Source of the DNA: a virus | Virus record (IMG/VR): IMGVR_UViG_3300048579_000027 | Span: 1-46,790 of that record | Strand: one strand, 5' to 3' | Length of the DNA stretch: 46,790 nt | Shown here: in pieces, positions 24,503-32,487 of the stretch | Layout of the letters: each line of letters opens with the position of its first letter | How positions within the stretch are numbered: position 1 is the stretch's first letter | Translations under genes and position numbers: made by a program | The notes under the pieces: model-generated | What the model was told of the DNA's origin: nothing | The model's database searches: none | Seen by the model: only the letters and a program-made list of their open reading frames with translations

Positions 24503-25015
24503 TTAGCTTTCGGACCCCGCGCGGACACGCTGCGATGCGGACTCCTCGCCAGTGCCGAAGCCCTGCGCCAGGCCTTCCTCCAGCGCGGCGGTTTCTTCGG
24601 GGGTCCGGCGCTCGTTACGGGACATGATCTCGCGTTCGGCCGTGAGGCCCTCGCCCATGGTGCCGGCTTCCGTGTCGATCCCCAGCAGCTTGGCGATGGA
24701 CTCGGAGCGCCACTCGGGGTCCGCTTCCACCTCCACCTCCTGCTGGGCCTCGTTGACGCCGATCCAGCCAAGGTCTTGGAAAGCGACCGTATCGGTTCCC
24801 GTGATGGCCTCCAGTTGGGAAGCGTAGGGGGAGCCCGCCTCGCCGAGCCGCCGCGTGTAGAACGTGATTCGTTCCTGCACCATGGCGGTCACGAGACCTT
24901 CGGCCCAGTCGGGGCGCTCATCCAGCGGGGTCATAATCTTGCCGTCCGAGTGGCGGACTTGCAGGACTCCCTCCTCGCCCTCCTTGTGAACCATCAACAT
25001 GCGTTCCAGTGACAT
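24503..25015 (-). CDS. Highly acidic early protein
   Basis: 170 aa. My count is 34 D/E against 16 K/R. Early-region position. Confidence 0.6.
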   Translation of the reverse strand: MSLERMLMVHKEGEEGVLQVRHSDGKIMTPLDERPDWAEGLVTAMVQERITFYTRRLGEAGSPYASQLEAITGTDTVAFQDLGWIGVNEAQQEVEVEADPEWRSESIAKLLGIDTEAGTMGEGLTAEREIMSRNERRTPEETAALEEGLAQGFGTGEESASQRVRAGSES

Positions 25016-25102
25016 TTTGCAGGGCTCCTTATTCCTGAGATGCGAGTCCCGTCATGGGCCCGCTGAGGTGGAGCACGCCACGGATTTGCGTCCGGTGTCG
25101 CG

Positions 25103-25279
25103 CTAGGACTCCACTTTGCGTCCGTAAGCCCAGAGCATGAAGCGTGACTCCAGACTCGACAGCGCGTCACCCATAAATACCAAGTCGTCGGGTTGGCTCT
25201 TCTCAGGAGTTTCGGCAAGTTTCGCTAGGGCTCGCCCGACCCGTTCATAGGCTGCACGCACATCCGTCATGGTGCTCAT
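25103..25279 (-). CDS. 58-aa hypothetical protein (not in ORF track)
   Basis: Translated by hand: MSTMTDVRAAYERVGRALAKLAETPEKSQPDDLVFMGDALSSLESRFMLWAYGRKVES. ATGA overlap with the upstream stop. Confidence 0.45.
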   Translation of the reverse strand: MSTMTDVRAAYERVGRALAKLAETPEKSQPDDLVFMGDALSSLESRFMLWAYGRKVES

Positions 25280-25497
25280 AGCTTCCTTCGTATGGTCGCC
25301 CTATCCTCAGGGCTGAAATGGAATTGCCAGCTTTCCAAGCATCGCATGCCGCGCGAGTCGTGGCGAAATAACTCCACAATGAACCCACCATCTGGGGTCG
25401 GTCGGGCGCTCATGTTGTCGGCCGTTAGGATGGTCGTCACGGTTTCCGCGCGGCCATACTTCACACGCTTAACGGTGGAGGAGGTGTCCTCTCCCAT
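25276..25497 (-). CDS. Hypothetical protein
   Basis: 73-aa ORF, start adjoining the upstream stop. Confidence 0.5.
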   Translation of the reverse strand: MGEDTSSTVKRVKYGRAETVTTILTADNMSARPTPDGGFIVELFRHDSRGMRCLESWQFHFSPEDRATIRRKL

Positions 25498-25889
25498 TAT
25501 CCGCCCCTTCCCACCAGCTTGCGATACTCAGCGCCAAGCGGGCTTGCGTAGAAGGCTGCAAGGGCATCCGTTGCTGCGTCCTCCCCACTGGCATCCGCTA
25601 CGGCCTTTTCACGTGCAGCCTCAAGCTCAACCACACGCCGCACAAACTGCACGGCCGCGCCCGGTGTATAGGCCTCTACGTAGGCGCACCACTCACCACC
25701 ACGGGTCCACACTGCGCAAACCTTACTATGCCCCCAGTAGGCCCCGCCCCGATCATAGTAACCATCGCCTCCGCAGTGGCGGGCGTAAAGCTTGGACGTG
25801 CCGTCATAGGTTGATGGGCTGTCGCCATGGCGTCCCATCGGAGCACCAAAGCGGGAGTCTACACGTCGGAAGGGATTGAATCGTGCCAT
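25497..25889 (-). CDS. Hypothetical protein (FGAPMGR...DRGGAYWG motif)
   Basis: Start set at the ATG at 25889 (MARFNPF) with GGGGAGGG SD. 130 aa. Confidence 0.55.
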   Translation of the reverse strand: MARFNPFRRVDSRFGAPMGRHGDSPSTYDGTSKLYARHCGGDGYYDRGGAYWGHSKVCAVWTRGGEWCAYVEAYTPGAAVQFVRRVVELEAAREKAVADASGEDAATDALAAFYASPLGAEYRKLVGRGG

Positions 25890-25893
25890 GCCC

Positions 25894-26160
25894 CTAGCCC
25901 TCCCCTTTGGCGAACAAGACACCCGTGAACCACGCATCCAACTCACTAGCGTTAAACGCCGCGAGCCAGCCGGTGAGGTGCTTCTCCGCACCGCCCTCAT
26001 TTACAATCTGGGTGACATGCCAGCCACACGGCCCCTTTTGAAGGAACACGGCCCCCACTTGTGCCTTACCGTCTTTCCACACGGGCCCCTTAGGCCAGCC
26101 CATGGCAGCATGCACACGCTTAAAGCGTCCTTCCAAATACTTTCGGGAAAGTCTTGCCAT
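25894..26160 (-). CDS. Hypothetical protein
   Basis: 88-aa ORF on the coding strand. Confidence 0.5.
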   Translation of the reverse strand: MARLSRKYLEGRFKRVHAAMGWPKGPVWKDGKAQVGAVFLQKGPCGWHVTQIVNEGGAEKHLTGWLAAFNASELDAWFTGVLFAKGEG

Positions 26161-26163
26161 GAC

Positions 26164-26436
26164 TCAACCCTCCACCTTGGCGGAAGGAAACGAGGCGCGA
26201 ATCTGTTCGTTAGACATTGTGCGAGTGGCGGCATACGCCTCCGACACTGCGCGATCTGCCGCAACCTTGGCGTCATACGCTAAGGCAAGCTTGGGCATCC
26301 TTGCGCGGTCTGCGCGTGTCACATCCCATCGTGACTTTAACCCGTGCGACTCCACGGCTGCCGCGAAAGCGTCATCCGCTTCGTTAGCAACCTGTATGGC
26401 TCTCCATAGCGTGGTCATGGTGTCTAGTCTCCTCAT
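26164..26436 (-). CDS. Hypothetical protein
   Basis: 90-aa ORF on the coding strand. Confidence 0.5.
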   Translation of the reverse strand: MRRLDTMTTLWRAIQVANEADDAFAAAVESHGLKSRWDVTRADRARMPKLALAYDAKVAADRAVSEAYAATRTMSNEQIRASFPSAKVEG

Positions 26437-26582
26437 AGTGTGTCTGTGTGTCTCAGACTTCGCAGGGCATGAGACTCAATGGAAACCACATGGCCTCCAT
26501 GACGCGCACCATGAAGCCTCCACAAATAAAGAGTCAACCACCTCCACAAAAGAAATCCACAGATGAGACAACTTGCCACACC

Positions 26583-26702
26583 TCAGGGCGTGACCATTAG
26601 GAGAACGCCGGACACAACAGCCCCAACAGCACACACCAGAGCGATAGCCGAAAGGATCATGTGGACTACCTCAAGGCCCAAATCCCACAGGTCGCGAGCC
26701 AT
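26583..26702 (-). CDS. 39-aa membrane peptide
   Basis: ATG at 26702 with GGTGGAG upstream. Encodes MARDLWDLGLEVVHMILSAIALVCAVGAVVSGVLLMVTP. Confidence 0.4.
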   Translation of the reverse strand: MARDLWDLGLEVVHMILSAIALVCAVGAVVSGVLLMVTP

Positions 26703-26716
26703 ACATCTCCACCCCA

Positions 26717-26983
26717 TCACAGGACGCACACCGTGTAGGCCCGCCACGCCACCACCAAGACACACACCCCAAGGCTAACCGTGAGGAAACACCCACAAGC
26801 CACCCCAGCCACTATGCACCACTCCTCCCAATCCATAATGGTCTCCATGTGGGTAGGCTCGCCTATCGGCTCGCCATGATCCGTGTATCTGGGCGCAATG
26901 TGACCATGATGGTCACCACTGATGTGATATGAAGCGAGACCCCATGATGGTCTAACATGAGGGAGTGGGCGGCTAGGCTCCAC
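26717..26983 (-). CDS. First early ORF: His-rich N-terminus and C-terminal membrane helix (start uncertain)
   Basis: GTG at 26983 preceded by AGGAG. An alternative ATG at 26848 gives METIMDWEEWCIVAGVACGCFLTVSLGVCVLVVAW. Confidence 0.4.
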   Translation of the reverse strand: MEPSRPLPHVRPSWGLASYHISGDHHGHIAPRYTDHGEPIGEPTHMETIMDWEEWCIVAGVACGCFLTVSLGVCVLVVAWRAYTVCVL

Positions 26984-27245
26984 AATCTCCTACCGTGAGG
27001 AGATAACGGGGAACGTACCCGGCACGGGCCATGAACTTCGGCACGAGGCGTGAACAAAGAGGGCCCACGGGGGAAAGCACTTTGGCGTTCCCACGAGGTG
27101 ACATATCGCGTAGGTGACCTCAAAGTATTCGGAGGGGACGGTACCCTCCACCATCCACACCTTATCCGGTCACTTTGCGCCTAGACTTAGAGGGGGCACC
27201 ATCCTGGGCCCTTAGGTACCCATAGAGGCCATACCATAAGGATAA
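26984..27245 (-). promoter_or_regulatory. Non-coding leader upstream of the early genes (candidate early promoters and the true genome ends)
   Basis: 262 nt without an ORF, between the last late-operon ORF and the first early ORF. Shares three colinear boxes with 18426-18516. Confidence 0.5.
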
Positions 27246-27557
27246 TCAGGAAGATTTCGCGCCGCCTAAGTGCTTGATGGGAACCATTAAGGTAATGGAC
27301 TCAAGGGGTTGGATGACGAGCGGATGCGAGTATGGAGGGCTAGTACCCTCTGGAGGACCACTCCCGCAGGCGTCCGTCGTGTACACCACAGGGAACACTC
27401 CGGGGAGTAGCGCGTCCATTAGGACCTGTGGAGGATACCGTCTGCATCTTCCTCGTGGGGGTCTACCTCCTGGTCCTTGCTGCCTAGTACCGTGGAAGTG
27501 CTTGCAGGTACCGCACTTGCCTAGCTCGGACGGATCGCCTGCTTGTGCCTCTCCCAT
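27246..27557 (-). CDS. Small Cys-containing protein downstream of the terminase
   Basis: 103 aa. CGTCKHF...GRCRRYPPQV...VFPVVYTTDACG resembles a small phage protein pattern (CxxC ... G.CRR.PP ... WP.V..D.WCG) that I recall only loosely. Overlaps the terminase 3' end by 37 nt. Confidence 0.45.
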   Translation of the reverse strand: MGEAQAGDPSELGKCGTCKHFHGTRQQGPGGRPPRGRCRRYPPQVLMDALLPGVFPVVYTTDACGSGPPEGTSPPYSHPLVIQPLESITLMVPIKHLGGAKSS

Positions 27558-29467
27558 ACCTTGGGGCCTTTCTTTTGGGTGTCATCTGGGATGAGGTCCT
27601 CGGCTTCCTCAAAGAGGGCCTCTAGTTCTTTCTCCCATCGGTCCTCATCGCGCTGCTTGGCGCTCTCCCACGGATTGATGCCCAGCACATCTGCGAACTG
27701 CGCCACGAGCATGGCGAGCCCCTCCACGCGGTCGTCCTGGAGCAAGCACTCGCGCTCTCGTGTAAGGTGGGTCATCTGGTGGATGAGGGAATAGTGGTGC
27801 CCTGTCTCCTGCCCAACGTCCTCGGTGTATTTGGCCGCTGCTTTGGCGTCCTCCTCGATGACAGTTGTGTTGATGACTAGGCGGTGTTGCTGGGTGGCGG
27901 GCTCCAGCACGGAGAGGATGCGGACTTCCTTCTGGACGCGGGGGGACTTGATGCCCTCGATGGTCGTACCTCCGTGGATCGCGTGAGGCTTGCCTTCGTT
28001 GTGCTTGCGCCACGCCTCGATGACCACGGGGGTGAGGAGCGCGAGGAACATGCCGTCCCCGAAGTTGTCCTCGATAACCAAGTGGTTGACGCGGAACTGC
28101 ACGAGCTTGGTGGCGATGGCCTCAAGGGTAGGCTTGGAGTAGCCGTCGCGGGAGCCCCATTGATTCAGGAGGAAGATGCGGCCGTGGAGTTCGGCTCCGA
28201 TGGTCAAGACGGTTTCGTTGCCGCCGCGCCCCGAGGAGTCGATGGATGCCTTGACCGTGTTGTAGGGCGAGGAGGTTTTGGACTTGGAGGCTGGCCAGTG
28301 GAATTTGTCGCCCTCGAACCCCAGCGACGGGAGGTTGTGGATGATGAGGTCCGATGCGTTGCCCCACGAGATAACGTCGGGGCCCACCGTGTAGTCGCAT
28401 CCGTCCACGATGAGGTCGCGGAGCTTGAGGGGAAACTTGTCGCCGCTCATCATGCTGGTGTTGAGCATGAACTGGAGCGCGTAGCCCGAACGGCCATAGG
28501 AGAGTTTGCGGTTGGAGAGGTCCTCATCGGAGAACCGTCCTGGCCACACAGAGTGGCCCACAAGCGTTGGGTCCTGATCGACTTGGCGGGCGATCCACGG
28601 GGACAGCTTGTCGCCGTAGTGCAGGCGGTCCTTCTTGTTCGGATATTCTGCGGGCCAGATGCGGCACTTGTAGAGTCCGCCCGTCTGGAGCTTCACATAG
28701 AGGGAGTCGTCAACCTGCGGCGTCCCGAGGTACTTGATTTCGCCACCAGGGTGGATGACCGCATCGAACTCCTTGACGGCCTCACGGATTTTCTCGCGCA
28801 TCAACACCGTCATGGCGTTGGCGGGAATCTCGATGTCGTCGGGAACGATGAGGTGCGCGCGGGAGCCCGTGATTTGTCCCGTGATGCCAGCGCCCTTCAT
28901 GGACGGCGATTGGTCGGGCAACGCTGGGCCCACGTCGAACTGCGTACCGGATGCGCGTTGGTTCTTGAGAAGGTCCGGCTTGAGGAACGCCAATTCGGGC
29001 ATCTCGCGGATGAGCGCAAGACACCATTGCACGGTCTGCACCGCGCGGGCGAGGTTAGCGGAGACGATGAGGACCTTTAGCTGCGGATTGCAATAGAGCT
29101 TCCACAGTGCGTAGGCTCCAGTGATCCACGATTTGGCCATCCCCCGGAAGCCCATGATGATGGACCGGGTGGGACCGTTCGCAAGATACCACGCGAGTGA
29201 TAGCTGGACGGCACTCGGACTGGGGAGTCGCAAGAACTTCCACACGATGGTGAGGAAGTTTCGGAAGTCTGAGAGCAACACAGGATCGCGCCCAAACGGA
29301 TCGGGTTCACGCGAGGCGTTGCGTTTCGCTGCACGGTAGGTGGTAGCTTCGCGCGGCTTGCTGGGCTTCCAGTCAGAGGTTGGCTTCGCAGGAAGGATGA
29401 ACGGCGCTTCCTCGCCCTTTAGGGGGTCGATAAGTTTGATCGCCATTACTTCGGGACGGCCACGCAA
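27521..29467 (-). CDS. Terminase large subunit (T7 gp19-like)
   Basis: 648 aa. GFRGMAKSWITGAYALWKLYCNPQLKVLIVSA, GITGQITGSRAHLIVPDDIEIP, YLGTPQ and NFGDGMF closely parallel T7 gp19. Confidence 0.96.
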   Translation of the reverse strand: MRGRPEVMAIKLIDPLKGEEAPFILPAKPTSDWKPSKPREATTYRAAKRNASREPDPFGRDPVLLSDFRNFLTIVWKFLRLPSPSAVQLSLAWYLANGPTRSIIMGFRGMAKSWITGAYALWKLYCNPQLKVLIVSANLARAVQTVQWCLALIREMPELAFLKPDLLKNQRASGTQFDVGPALPDQSPSMKGAGITGQITGSRAHLIVPDDIEIPANAMTVLMREKIREAVKEFDAVIHPGGEIKYLGTPQVDDSLYVKLQTGGLYKCRIWPAEYPNKKDRLHYGDKLSPWIARQVDQDPTLVGHSVWPGRFSDEDLSNRKLSYGRSGYALQFMLNTSMMSGDKFPLKLRDLIVDGCDYTVGPDVISWGNASDLIIHNLPSLGFEGDKFHWPASKSKTSSPYNTVKASIDSSGRGGNETVLTIGAELHGRIFLLNQWGSRDGYSKPTLEAIATKLVQFRVNHLVIEDNFGDGMFLALLTPVVIEAWRKHNEGKPHAIHGGTTIEGIKSPRVQKEVRILSVLEPATQQHRLVINTTVIEEDAKAAAKYTEDVGQETGHHYSLIHQMTHLTRERECLLQDDRVEGLAMLVAQFADVLGINPWESAKQRDEDRWEKELEALFEEAEDLIPDDTQKKGPKVWERHKQAIRPS

Positions 29468-29631
29468 ACGGCCCTGGCGGAGTAGAGGTCGCCCCGCCCC
29501 TCCACCCTAGCCACAGCGATTTTCCTGGCCGCCGTCTCGCAGGTTTCCTCAGAATGGAATTTGAGGTTGGTGTCGATAGCGCGCCCACCGTCTACGCCCC
29601 CACCAAACAGAATAATCAGCACGAACCACAT
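29446..29631 (-). CDS. 61-aa protein with N-terminal hydrophobic segment
   Basis: Start taken at MWFVLIILFGGG (ATG at 29631). Overlaps the terminase start by 22 nt. Confidence 0.4.
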   Translation of the reverse strand: MWFVLIILFGGGVDGGRAIDTNLKFHSEETCETAARKIAVARVEGRGDLYSARAVCVAVPK

Positions 29632-29635
29632 TACG

Positions 29636-30166
29636 TCACCCTCCTCGCCTTCCATAAAAGTAGCTGCCTTGCCGGCACACCTTGTCGAATAGGTACCAAG
29701 CGCAGTTGTCTTTGCCGGTGAACTTGGACCCCGGTATCCACTTCACGCGGCCAACGGAAACGATCTTGACGCAGCGCTCTAGCAACTCGCGGGCCTGCTT
29801 GGTGTGCATCCAGTCGGCATCGAACAGGAGCCACGTCGGGAGCATGTCGGACAGATGCACGATGAGGGGGTGCAAGATGTCTCGCCGCCACGGAGGATTG
29901 GTGCAGAACTTGGTGGCACCTTTGGGTGGGGCCTTCATCTCGAACACGTCGAGGGGCTCGATGCCCGGAGCTTCGGGGTGAATATCCGACGCGAACACGA
30001 CTCGCCGTCCGGCTGCATTGAGGTGGCCAACCAGGAGGCCGTCACCAGCGCAAGGTTCGGCAAGGCGGTCTGCCTGCGAGAGATACAGGAGGAGCGGATG
30101 CACTGCGGTTAGCGGCGTGCGGTAGAAGTCCCTCTCGTTGCGCTCGAACGATGAGCGTTTACCCAC
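29636..30166 (-). CDS. Small orphan DNA methyltransferase (N6-adenine/N4-cytosine amino-MTase type)
   Basis: 176 aa, GTG start. SAM motif I EPCAGDG and catalytic motif IV TNPPW. No adjacent endonuclease gene. Confidence 0.7.
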   Translation of the reverse strand: MGKRSSFERNERDFYRTPLTAVHPLLLYLSQADRLAEPCAGDGLLVGHLNAAGRRVVFASDIHPEAPGIEPLDVFEMKAPPKGATKFCTNPPWRRDILHPLIVHLSDMLPTWLLFDADWMHTKQARELLERCVKIVSVGRVKWIPGSKFTGKDNCAWYLFDKVCRQGSYFYGRRGG

Positions 30167-30380
30167 CTTGCTTCTTACTCGCAGAGTCTATGACAGCCAC
30201 CAAGGTGTTGACCATGCCACACCCGTTTCCAGCGTCGAAGGCAGCGCGAAGTAGTAACGGCAAGGCTTCCTGCTTGTCGCCTCCAGGAATGCTGGCCATT
30301 GCCATCCCGGTCATGGGCGCTGCCATGAACCTCTGGAACGACTCGTTGGTAGCGGCCTCAAGTTCGGCTTTTCTATCCAC
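30159..30380 (-). CDS. Hypothetical protein
   Basis: 73-aa ORF with 8-nt overlaps on both sides. Confidence 0.45.
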   Translation of the reverse strand: MDRKAELEAATNESFQRFMAAPMTGMAMASIPGGDKQEALPLLLRAAFDAGNGCGMVNTLVAVIDSASKKQGG

Positions 30381-30855
30381 CCTCAGTATCCTTGTACGTG
30401 TCTAAATCGAATTGGGACTCGCTCGCCGTTTCCTCCCGCTCGATGGGCAGCGCAGAGTGTCCCTGTGCTGGCAAGTTCTCATCCACGATGGGGGCGCGCT
30501 GGGTTGGCTTGTCGGGGACGCGGGGGAGGTTCGCGAGAATGAGCGTCTTGGCGATGTTCTGCTCTTGGTGAACAATGGTTCCGTCACGCTGTTTGCGGAG
30601 GAAGTCTCGGAGCATTTCCGCGCGCATGTTCTGGAGGAGCGCTTGCTCGTCCATGTCGGCCACATCATCGGTGGCTCGCCCACACGTTGGACAGCGCGGC
30701 ACTTCCTGGTGGTTGGGTGACGCAGAGGATTCCTCCCCCGCGTCACCGCCACCAAGCATCTCAACGGCGGTCTGCTCTAGGCCGTCGTCGTCATCAATTT
30801 CCGGCACAGGCTTAGAGGTCGGCCGGCTGGATTTCCACGTGGCCCGCGAGCGCAC
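30373..30855 (-). CDS. Hypothetical acidic protein; possible small terminase subunit by position (start uncertain)
   Basis: 160-aa ORF occupying roughly the gp18 position. Contains CPTCG. Alternative ATG at 30759. No sequence-level match recalled. Confidence 0.35.
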   Translation of the reverse strand: MRSRATWKSSRPTSKPVPEIDDDDGLEQTAVEMLGGGDAGEESSASPNHQEVPRCPTCGRATDDVADMDEQALLQNMRAEMLRDFLRKQRDGTIVHQEQNIAKTLILANLPRVPDKPTQRAPIVDENLPAQGHSALPIEREETASESQFDLDTYKDTEGG

Positions 30856-31492
30856 CGCCTCCGTTGAAGGCCGCCGCCGGGGTAACCGTGATGGTCTGAC
30901 CCTTCTTGACCTTGGTGGTGGCGCTCTGTGCAGTCGTCGGGGTGTCCTGCTGCTTCACGCCGATGGCCGCCGAGTTCGAGACCGTGATGGAGAGGCCAGT
31001 CACGGCGACCGTATCGACTTCCACCGTAACGGCTCCGCCGGTCGAGATGGCCGCGTCCACCACGTTGGATTCGAGGCCTTCGATGTAGCCGTCACACGGA
31101 GCCACGATGCTCGCCGCAGTGCCGGCGGATAGGTCCGTGCCGTTGATGTAATACGGAAGGCGGAGCTTCGTGTCCTTGCGCTCCTGCTCCAGGTAAAGCG
31201 CCTGGATGCCGTCCACCTGACCGATGTTCGGGTTGCCGCGATACTTGGCGATTGGAGTGTTGCGATAAATCTTGATGGCGTGGCCGTTGGTCGGGGCCGT
31301 GACGAACTTGACCTTGGCCTTGTCCGGCGAGGTCGGGTCCTGGACGGTGTAGTGCGTGATGATGGTTTGCAGAACGCCGTTCACGAACACGCGGAGGTGG
31401 TCCTGGTTGAGGAACGGAAATCCGAGGGTGAACTCTTTGGTCGTGCCGTCTCCAGTGGCGGAAATCGGCCAATACGGTGCAGCGCGCGACAT
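30812..31492 (-). CDS. Second tail-fibre/adaptor protein with T7 gp17 N-terminal-domain pattern
   Basis: 226 aa. ISATGDGTTKEFTLGFPFLNQDHLRVFVNGV...HAIKIYRNTP matches the pattern Y.G.G..T.F...F.yl....i.V.v.G...v.i.R.T. Confidence 0.6.
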   Translation of the reverse strand: MSRAAPYWPISATGDGTTKEFTLGFPFLNQDHLRVFVNGVLQTIITHYTVQDPTSPDKAKVKFVTAPTNGHAIKIYRNTPIAKYRGNPNIGQVDGIQALYLEQERKDTKLRLPYYINGTDLSAGTAASIVAPCDGYIEGLESNVVDAAISTGGAVTVEVDTVAVTGLSITVSNSAAIGVKQQDTPTTAQSATTKVKKGQTITVTPAAAFNGGGALAGHVEIQPADL

Positions 31493-31544
31493 GCGTGCGG
31501 TCTCCTTCTGAGGTTTGTAGTGGGGAGTGGAGAAGCGGGAGGGG

Positions 31545-31862
31545 TTACCCGCCCCAGAATTTGGGGAGGTACATCAACGCCCCTCCACCTACGGCGGTAG
31601 TTACCGCGCCACCTAGGAAGGTGAGCACGCGGGTCCACGTTTGAGATGCGCCCTCACCTCTCGCAAGCTGCACCTCGATTTTGTTGAGGCGCTTCGCGTG
31701 GTCGGCGACTTGTCCTTGTAGCGCCAACGCAGCGGTGAGCATGGCCTTGATGTTGGCTAGCTCGGTGTTGAACGCCACGAGTTCCTTGTAGGAAACCATG
31801 ATCGCCCCGCCCGCGCGGGATGCGGTGCGTTCGGTGTTTTCGTTCGGTGTTTCAGTAGTCAT
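31545..31862 (-). CDS. Coiled-coil protein with C-terminal membrane helix (gp17.5/holin position; start uncertain)
   Basis: Start at ATG 31862 (alternative 31799). C-terminal WTRVLTFLGGAVTTAVGGGALMYL. Confidence 0.45.
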   Translation of the reverse strand: MTTETPNENTERTASRAGGAIMVSYKELVAFNTELANIKAMLTAALALQGQVADHAKRLNKIEVQLARGEGASQTWTRVLTFLGGAVTTAVGGGALMYLPKFWGG

Positions 31863-31872
31863 ACTGTGGGGA

Positions 31873-32472
31873 CTACGCAAAGATGCGGTCGATATCTTCG
31901 TAGGTCGCCACTTCGCCCGCCTCAATTTTCCCAATCGTGTCACCATAAAGCGCTATGCATCTCTGGAAGTGAGTCACAATTGCAGCATGTAGTTGCTTCA
32001 TCTGAGTGCCGGTGCGGGTACCGTAATCCGTCGCGCCAATAACAAGGCGCACCTCGGCGTTATCTGCAAGTGAAGTTGATCCGAAGATTAGAAGTTTCGC
32101 GCGATCATCGGTGGGGACGGCAACACCTTCGACAACAATACCCCCGATTTCACGTTCGTACTTTCTACTATTAGCGTGAGCTAACAGCCTCCCCTTTAGT
32201 ATTTCCCACGGCAGGTCCGTGACCACGCCGTTGCTGTATTGCTGATAACGGCTGTCCCATTGCGGCTCCGGCTCGTCTTCCAGCGCCGTGATCCTTGCAT
32301 CGGCAAGCTCCTGCGGAGATGCCGTGCGCAACCAGCCGGGCGCGCAATTGGTCTCCTGCGGCTCGAAAGTGTCTTCCTGCCCTTCCTCTCGCGCCGGAAT
32401 GCGGACGTTAGAAACGATGGTGACTTCGGCGTCCGGTCCGACCTTACGGCCGTTCGAGAGTTGAAAGTGCAT
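31873..32472 (-). CDS. DUF4376-like protein (tail-fibre-associated/assembly-type domain)
   Basis: 199 aa. The C-terminal half (REIGGIVVEGVAVPTDDRAKLLIFG...MKQLHAAIVTHFQ) fits the DUF4376 pattern as I recall it. Lies directly downstream of the putative receptor-binding protein. Confidence 0.5.
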   Translation of the reverse strand: MHFQLSNGRKVGPDAEVTIVSNVRIPAREEGQEDTFEPQETNCAPGWLRTASPQELADARITALEDEPEPQWDSRYQQYSNGVVTDLPWEILKGRLLAHANSRKYEREIGGIVVEGVAVPTDDRAKLLIFGSTSLADNAEVRLVIGATDYGTRTGTQMKQLHAAIVTHFQRCIALYGDTIGKIEAGEVATYEDIDRIFA

Positions 32473-32487
32473 TGCTGTTACCTCTGC

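Noticed and set aside
24994-25218. 74-aa track ORF in the gap between 24503-25015 and 25276-25497.
   Set aside because: It is Trp/Cys/Arg-rich and overlaps the downstream gene's 5' end. A different-frame 58-aa ORF (25103-25279) with ATGA coupling to the upstream gene and a protein-like sequence explains the gap better.
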